DNA of 64,000 nucleotides. Source: a candidate division FCPU426 bacterium. Its GTDB lineage: Bacteria; Oederibacteriota; PGYV01; Palsa-1178. The stretch covers positions 512,001 through 576,000 of the forward strand of contig CAWIXE010000001.1 in assembly GCA_963840035.1 (NCBI GenBank), given 5' to 3'. The notes under the pieces were generated by a model. It ran no database searches and was not told the origin of the DNA. It was given only the letters and a program-made list of their open reading frames with translations. Shown piece after piece: positions 57,977 through 64,000 of this stretch. Each line of letters begins with the position of its first letter. Within the stretch, counting starts at the first letter, position 1. The position numbers were made by a program, and so were the translations under genes.

Positions 57977-60469
57977 GTGGAAGAAAACAAACCTGAAGAA
58001 AAAAAGCCTGAGACGATATCCACGGAAACATCAACGCCCGCGGACGAGCAAGAGCAGACACCAGGGGATGTAACCACTGAAGCAGGGACGCCGGAAACCG
58101 AGACAGGCGCGGCGCCCAAGAAAAAAGCAAAGGCAAAGGCGAAGAAAGCCAAAACAAAAAAACCAAAGGGCGGGAAGATAATCCTCGTTGAGTCGCCCAC
58201 CAAGGTCCACACCATACAAAAATACGTCAAAGGAAAATACCATGTCATGGCCACCAAGGGCCACGTCAAGGACCTTCCAAAATCAAAGCTCGGCATTGAC
58301 ATAGAGCATAACTTCGAACCGTACTACATAGTTTTAAAGGACAAGAGGAAGATACTCTCCGAGATAAAAAAGGAAGTCAAGAAAGTCGACGAGGTATACC
58401 TGGCTACCGACCCTGACCGCGAGGGAGAAGCCATATGCTGGCACGTAGCCGAAGAAGTCAAGAAATTAGGCGGGGATAAGAAGATATTCAGGGTCATGTT
58501 CAATGAAATCACAAAGACTGCCGTATTAAAAGCGCTGGAAAACCCGCGCGAGATAAACATGAACCTGGTTAACGCCCAGCAGGCAAGAAGGGTTTTGGAC
58601 AGGCTCGTGGGATACAAGATAAGCCCGCTGTTATGGAAAGCCATCAGGAAAGGCCTCTCAGCCGGACGCGTCCAGTCGGTCGCGCTAAAGCTCATAGTTG
58701 AAAGGCAGGCGGAGATAGACAAATTCAACCCTGTGGAATACTGGTCCATACGCGCCATACTGGAAAACAGCGGCAAGATGGCCATTGACTCTAAATTAAC
58801 CGAGAAAAACGGCGAAAAGATAGACTTAAAAAATGAGGCGGACAGCGGCGCCATAGTGGAAGAGTTAAAGAACGCGGAATATATAATAAGCGAAGTGGTA
58901 AAAAAGGAACGGCGCAGGAAAGCGCTCCCTCCTTTCATCACTTCAACCCTCCAGCAGGACTCGGCGCGCAAGTACCATTTCACGGCGCAAAAGACCATGA
59001 TGATAGCCCAGCAGTTATACGAGGGCGTGACTATCGCGGGAGAGGGCCAGGTCGGTTTGATAACATACATGAGGACCGACTCGCTGCGTGTATCCGAAGA
59101 AGCGCAGAAAGAAGCAGTGGCGTACATAGAATCCAGCCTCGGAAAAGAATTCCTTCCAGAGACCCCCAACGTTTACAAATCAAGAAAGTCGGCGCAGGAC
59201 GCGCATGAAGCCATAAGGCCTTCTTCAGTGGCGCGCCACCCCAACGACATAAAAGAAAACCTCGACAACGACCAGTTCAAGGTTTACTCGTTAATATGGA
59301 AAAGGTTCGTCGCCTCGCAGATGTCGCCGGCAGTGTTTGACGATACGCGCGTAAAGATAGCGGCCGGGCCATACACATTCCAGGCAAACGGCTCCATACA
59401 GAAATTTGAAGGCTTCTTAAAGGTATATGAAGTCATAACAGACGCTGAGAAACCCGCTGAGAACAGCAATGGCGCCGGCAATGACGAGGACAAACCCGAA
59501 GACAGGCGCCTGCCGGAAGTAACGCAGGGGGAAAAGCTTGACTTAAAGGAACTCCTGCCCGAACAGCACTTTACACAGCCGCCTCCGGCATTCTCGGACG
59601 CCACGCTCGTTAAAGCGCTTGAAGAAAAGGACATCGGAAGGCCGTCCACATACGCGCCGATTATAACGACGCTGGTCGCGCGCAAGTATATTACAAGGGA
59701 CAGGGGAAAGTTCGAGCCCACAGAACTGGGCACGCTTGTTTCCGACATACTGCTTAAACATTTTTCCACCATTATAAATGAAGAGTTCACTGCCAAAATG
59801 GAAACAGACCTGGACAAGGTCGAGGAAGGTTCCATAGAATGGCACGACCTCATGAGGACTTTTTACACGACCTTTGATGTGCTTTTAAAGGCGGCAGAGC
59901 CTTTCATGCTGGACATGCGCAAGGATATCGAAGGCGACACCGGCGAGATATGCGAAAAGTGCGGGGGAAAGATGATCATAAAGTGGGGCAGGCACGGCAA
60001 GTTCATGTCCTGCGAAAAATACCCCGAGTGCAAAAACGCAAAGCCGCTCGGCGAGGACGGCAAGAAAAAGGAAGAGGTGCAGCTAAACGAGAACTGCCCG
60101 ACATGCGGCGCGCCGCTTATCATAAAGCACGGGCCATACGGAGAGTTCATAGCGTGCTCAAAGTACCCGGAGTGCAAATACACCAAGCAGATAGTAAAAA
60201 AGGTCGGCGTCAACTGCCCGGACTGCGGCGGGGACATCATAGAGAGGACCTTCAAGCGCTTCAGGAAATTCTACGGCTGCTCGAACTACCCCACATGCAA
60301 ATTCATGGTATGGGACAAGCCGCTGGCGGAAAAGTGCCCGAAGTGCGGGGCTGACTACCTCCTCGAAAAATGGAAAAAGACAGGGTCCATAGTATACTGC
60401 AAAAAATGCGACTACAAAGCTGACAAGGTTCAGGCGGAGGAAACACCTCCTACCCCGAAAAATGAGTAA
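57977..60469 (+). CDS. topA: DNA topoisomerase I
   Basis: VESPTK, ATDPDREGEAI, SAGRVQS, ITYMRTD, GRPSTY, C-terminal zinc ribbons. Confidence 0.98.
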   Translation: MEENKPEEKKPETISTETSTPADEQEQTPGDVTTEAGTPETETGAAPKKKAKAKAKKAKTKKPKGGKIILVESPTKVHTIQKYVKGKYHVMATKGHVKDLPKSKLGIDIEHNFEPYYIVLKDKRKILSEIKKEVKKVDEVYLATDPDREGEAICWHVAEEVKKLGGDKKIFRVMFNEITKTAVLKALENPREINMNLVNAQQARRVLDRLVGYKISPLLWKAIRKGLSAGRVQSVALKLIVERQAEIDKFNPVEYWSIRAILENSGKMAIDSKLTEKNGEKIDLKNEADSGAIVEELKNAEYIISEVVKKERRRKALPPFITSTLQQDSARKYHFTAQKTMMIAQQLYEGVTIAGEGQVGLITYMRTDSLRVSEEAQKEAVAYIESSLGKEFLPETPNVYKSRKSAQDAHEAIRPSSVARHPNDIKENLDNDQFKVYSLIWKRFVASQMSPAVFDDTRVKIAAGPYTFQANGSIQKFEGFLKVYEVITDAEKPAENSNGAGNDEDKPEDRRLPEVTQGEKLDLKELLPEQHFTQPPPAFSDATLVKALEEKDIGRPSTYAPIITTLVARKYITRDRGKFEPTELGTLVSDILLKHFSTIINEEFTAKMETDLDKVEEGSIEWHDLMRTFYTTFDVLLKAAEPFMLDMRKDIEGDTGEICEKCGGKMIIKWGRHGKFMSCEKYPECKNAKPLGEDGKKKEEVQLNENCPTCGAPLIIKHGPYGEFIACSKYPECKYTKQIVKKVGVNCPDCGGDIIERTFKRFRKFYGCSNYPTCKFMVWDKPLAEKCPKCGADYLLEKWKKTGSIVYCKKCDYKADKVQAEETPPTPKNE

Positions 60470-61343
60470 CGCGGAAGAAAACCTCGCGTCTTATACGAAA
60501 TACCTGTCACATGAAAAAAACTATTCCATACACACCGTGGACAACTACTCCCGCGACATACGCCAGTTCCTGGAATTCACCGGCGGCGAAATAAACGTCA
60601 ACGAGGCAAAGCTCAGGGGTTTCCTTGAGTTTTTAGGCAAAAAAAAATACGACAAGACTTCGGTGGTCCGCAAGATAGTGGCGGTGAGGAACTTCTACAA
60701 ATACCTGGCCAGGCATAAAATAATCACAAAGAACCCTTTCCTGTACATACTCACCCCAAAAGACGACAAGAAGCTTCCCACATATTTAACCGAGGCCGAG
60801 GCAGCGGCCCTGCTGGACACCATGGACACTTCGGATTTTTTTAAGCTGCGCGACAGGGTCATGCTGGAACTTTTATATTCTACAGGAATCCGCGTGCACG
60901 AGATTACCACGCTGGATACGGGAGATGTGGATTTTGTAAATGAGGAAGTAAAAGTGCTGGGCAAGGGCGGCAAGGAGCGTATTGTCCCGTGCGGAGGCAA
61001 AGCAATAACGCTGCTGCGCGATTACATGAAAAAACTTAAAAGTTACGGGGCAGCAGACATATTATTCATCAACCAGCGCAACGGCAGGCTGACCCCGCGC
61101 TCGATTGAAATGATGATAAAGCAGGCAGCGATAAAAGCCGGCATAGACAAGAAAGTAACGCCGCATACCCTGCGCCATTCATTTGCCACCCACATGCTCG
61201 ACCACGGCGCTGACCTGCGCTCCGTGCAGGAACTGCTCGGCCACGCGAACCTGTCCACCACCCAAATATACACCCACCTTTCCATCGGAAAGCTGAAGAA
61301 AGAATATGATAAGGCGCATCCGAGGGCAAAAAAACCAATTTAG
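60462..61343 (+). CDS. xerC: Tyrosine recombinase XerC
   Basis: LYSTGIR, GKGGKER, HTLRHSFATH, LLGH, TQIYTH; dprA-topA-xerC synteny. Confidence 0.88.
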   Translation: MSNAEENLASYTKYLSHEKNYSIHTVDNYSRDIRQFLEFTGGEINVNEAKLRGFLEFLGKKKYDKTSVVRKIVAVRNFYKYLARHKIITKNPFLYILTPKDDKKLPTYLTEAEAAALLDTMDTSDFFKLRDRVMLELLYSTGIRVHEITTLDTGDVDFVNEEVKVLGKGGKERIVPCGGKAITLLRDYMKKLKSYGAADILFINQRNGRLTPRSIEMMIKQAAIKAGIDKKVTPHTLRHSFATHMLDHGADLRSVQELLGHANLSTTQIYTHLSIGKLKKEYDKAHPRAKKPI

Positions 61344-61592
61344 AACTTTCAATTTTAAATTTTCAATTAATGGCTAAAACAGGTGGTTTTACCGTTTTTT
61401 ATAATTGAAAATTGAAAATTTGGAATAGAAAATTAGTCCTGTTTTATCTATTTGAAAACCCCTCTTTTATATAGTATAATAAGGAAAGGCGGGAACATCA
61501 TAATTAACCCTTTTATTACAGGGGTTTATTATACGCACACCGGGAATTACATGAGAAAACCGTTAATATGACGGTTTGGAAACGGGAATTTA

Positions 61593-64000
61593 TTGTCTTT
61601 TAAAGCATTATCAGTAAAGGCATTTAAAAGAGCTGGTTTGATATTTGCCATGATTTTTATTATGGCTATATTTACTAATGCGGCAACAATAATATTACCT
61701 GCTACCGGTCTAATGTCCGGGGAAACCACGGATCCGAACTGGCAAAACCCCGCCGGCATAAGCGCGCCGGATTATCAATACGCTTCAGCCACAGCCAAGG
61801 ACCAGAAGCTTTATACAGCTTTTAACCAGATGCCATTGAACGGCGTGATAATTAACTCCATAACACTGCACGTCATGCACGTAACCGAGGGGACAATAAC
61901 CCCCGGGGATACAATGCAATTAAATTATTCTTTTGATAACGGCTCCAGCTGGCATTCTGCAACAACACTTCTGTCAAACATCATGGAAAATTCCGCTGTC
62001 GGCATTGACATATCTGAATTTGACCCGTGTGATGAAACCAGGGTTAATTCATTCGGGCTTGACATATCGCCTGTCAGCGATACTTTTGACCGTTTTATGA
62101 TTGATTATACATATCTGCTTGTCGATTACACCGTGCCTTCGCAGACAGTCACTTTTACCCCGAGTTTTACAGCCACCCATACAGACACTCCGTCGGCTAC
62201 GGAAACAACAACCGAAACCGCGACACAGACAGCTACGGAAACAGCGACACAGACAGCAACGGAAACGGAGACCTGCACAATAACACAAACCATTACGAAA
62301 ACACAGACAGAAACAGCGACGCAGACAATCACTCAGACCGCGACTGTTACTTATACATCCACGCCTGAGGTGCAGGCATACATTGAGCCGAAATCCGCGG
62401 TCATGGGGGATACGGTAATATATACATACCGCGTGATTGCGCGGGGCAACGGGGCCATAAATAGCCTGCTTATCACGGCGCCGGGAGTTGCCATGACAGG
62501 CGTAGTGAGCTCAAGGGGAGGGGCCATATCCTATCCGGGAGTAAACGTACAGGTTACATACGGCACCGCATGGAACACATTAAGCGACCCGAATTTTGAC
62601 GTGATAACATTTACAGGAGTAATAACAACTGCAGGCACAAAGACATTTACCGGCCTTATAAACGGCGGATTTTTATCCACGGTTCCGTCAGGGTATACAA
62701 ACCAGGTCAGCGTGTCATCCCCAACATTTACAGTAACCTGTACTGTAACACCCACAGACACGCAGACTATAACCGCCACAGATACGCAGACTTTGACGCA
62801 GACACAGACGCAAACTATAACGCAGACGGCAACAGAGACCGCGACTCAAAGCGTCACTCAGACAAAAACACAGACAGCGACACAGACCGCAACAGAAACC
62901 GTGACGCAGACAGATACGAAAACCGCGACGCAGACACTTACGCAGACCATAACGCAGACAGACACGCCGACCATGACGCAAACAGCCACGCCCAGCGTGA
63001 CGGTGACGTATACATCCACTCCGGAGGCGCAGGCATATATACAGCCTGAAACGGCAATAATGGGGGATACGGTAACATATACATACCGGGTAATTGCGCG
63101 GGGCAACGGGGCCATAAACAGCCTGCTCATCATGGCTCCGGATGTCACAATGGCCGGCGCAGTGAGCGCGAACGGCGGCGTCATAACACAGCCCGGCGGG
63201 AACATACAGGTAAATTACGGGACCGCGTGGAATTCATCAAGCGACCCGAATTTTGACGTGATAACATTTACGGGGGTAATAACAGTAACAGGCGCAAAGA
63301 CATTTACAGGGCTGATAAACGGCGGGTATTCATGCACGGTACCGGCCGGGTATACAAATCAGGTAAGTGTGGCGTCGCCGACATTTACTGCAACAAGGAC
63401 GGCAACGCAGACTGTAACACAGACAATAACACAAACCCCTACGCAGACATGCACACAAACAATTACACAGACCGCGACTCAGACCAACACTCAGACCGCG
63501 ACACAAACCGCGACACAGACGATAACGGAGACTGCGACGCAGACCATAACAGCCACAGTAACACAAACCGCGACGCAGACCGGGACACAGACCATAACGG
63601 AAACCGCGACGCAGACCATAACAAGTACAGCAACACAGTCAGCCACGCAGACTGTAACGAAGACTGCAACCGGAACCGTGACACAGACAGCAACGCAGAC
63701 AATATCACAGACAGCCACGCAGTCCATAACGGAAACCATCACCCAGACCGCGACGCAGACTGTTACGGGAACAGTGACGCAGACAATCACGCAGACAGCG
63801 ACGCAAACTGCCTCTCCCACATGCACACCGACATCATACCTTTCAGTTTCCATAGGCCCGGCAAATCCGGCGTCAGCAAATTACATGTTTGACGAGGCAA
63901 ACGCCGTCTCCATGCAGATAAGGCTTTCGGCAAATAACGGGAATGTTGGGGTTGGAAGAATAGCATTTGTATCATCAGGGTCGCTCGTGGATTATACTGA
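61593..64000 (+). CDS. Large secreted Thr-repeat surface protein (runs off the window; start uncertain, TTG 61593 or ATG 61650)
   Basis: Absent from ORF track. Read as an open frame to the window end: signal peptide, globular domain, (Thr-X)n tracts, and two homologous ~127-aa domains at about 62352-62732 and 63009-63389. Confidence 0.85.
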   Translation, partial: MSFKALSVKAFKRAGLIFAMIFIMAIFTNAATIILPATGLMSGETTDPNWQNPAGISAPDYQYASATAKDQKLYTAFNQMPLNGVIINSITLHVMHVTEGTITPGDTMQLNYSFDNGSSWHSATTLLSNIMENSAVGIDISEFDPCDETRVNSFGLDISPVSDTFDRFMIDYTYLLVDYTVPSQTVTFTPSFTATHTDTPSATETTTETATQTATETATQTATETETCTITQTITKTQTETATQTITQTATVTYTSTPEVQAYIEPKSAVMGDTVIYTYRVIARGNGAINSLLITAPGVAMTGVVSSRGGAISYPGVNVQVTYGTAWNTLSDPNFDVITFTGVITTAGTKTFTGLINGGFLSTVPSGYTNQVSVSSPTFTVTCTVTPTDTQTITATDTQTLTQTQTQTITQTATETATQSVTQTKTQTATQTATETVTQTDTKTATQTLTQTITQTDTPTMTQTATPSVTVTYTSTPEAQAYIQPETAIMGDTVTYTYRVIARGNGAINSLLIMAPDVTMAGAVSANGGVITQPGGNIQVNYGTAWNSSSDPNFDVITFTGVITVTGAKTFTGLINGGYSCTVPAGYTNQVSVASPTFTATRTATQTVTQTITQTPTQTCTQTITQTATQTNTQTATQTATQTITETATQTITATVTQTATQTGTQTITETATQTITSTATQSATQTVTKTATGTVTQTATQTISQTATQSITETITQTATQTVTGTVTQTITQTATQTASPTCTPTSYLSVSIGPANPASANYMFDEANAVSMQIRLSANNGNVGVGRIAFVSSGSLVDYT

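Noticed and set aside
60462..61343. Tyrosine recombinase as a prophage or island integrase
   Set aside because: Its size, motifs and dprA-topA-xerC synteny fit housekeeping XerC; no att sites or phage genes were seen.
61551..61571. In-frame ATG followed by TGA upstream of the Thr-rich gene, suggesting stop-codon recoding
   Set aside because: TGA is a normal stop elsewhere (ATGA overlaps at 771-774 and 26646-26649), and a downstream TTG or ATG start gives a plausible signal peptide.
62049..63975. Val/Cys-rich and Asp/Arg-rich ORFs in the ORF track
   Set aside because: They are alternative-frame and antisense readings of the Thr-repeat gene.

Overview
Bacterial chromosomal window using the standard genetic code, with moderate GC. 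Its OMP-like and lipoprotein genes suggest a diderm; the lineage cannot be assigned from sequence alone. No rRNA, tRNA or CRISPR array was recognised. (1) 1-22.4 kb is accessory envelope and carbohydrate genes: partial PfkB kinase, UbiA-type phosphoribosyltransferase, membrane GGDEF protein, small secreted Ala/Lys/His-rich (Asr-like) peptides behind an ECF-type promoter, a GT39-PA14 glycosyltransferase, cutA, pyk, a FecR lipoprotein, a frameshifted GH44 endoglucanase, an AbrB-VapC pair and an AGE-family epimerase lipoprotein. (2) 22.7-33.0 kb is the conserved rpsB-tsf-pyrH-frr-uppS-cdsA-dxr-rseP-ispG-proS operon. (3) 33-36 kb holds a REP-associated tyrosine transposase among its REPs, an IS30 with a 15-bp target duplication, cspA and a long inverted repeat. 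(4) 36-54 kb is an unusual chemosensory cluster. It combines HD-GYP, CheR, two TPR proteins, an MshEN-CheW fusion, a divergent P-II protein, CheY/C/D, a sensor-less MCP, CheW/Y/B/A/C and a long FtsA/PilM-like ATPase with beta-grasp-like repeats, and is the best candidate for an undescribed system. (5) 54-64 kb has an OMP-like gene, a second TA pair, a CAP protein, dprA-topA-xerC and the 5' part of a large Thr-repeat surface protein. Intergenic DNA carries many GTAG-headed REP-like hairpins, some nested or with mini-insertions, plus period-7 tandem arrays of a different sequence at each site. All calls come from reading motifs by eye; no searches were run.
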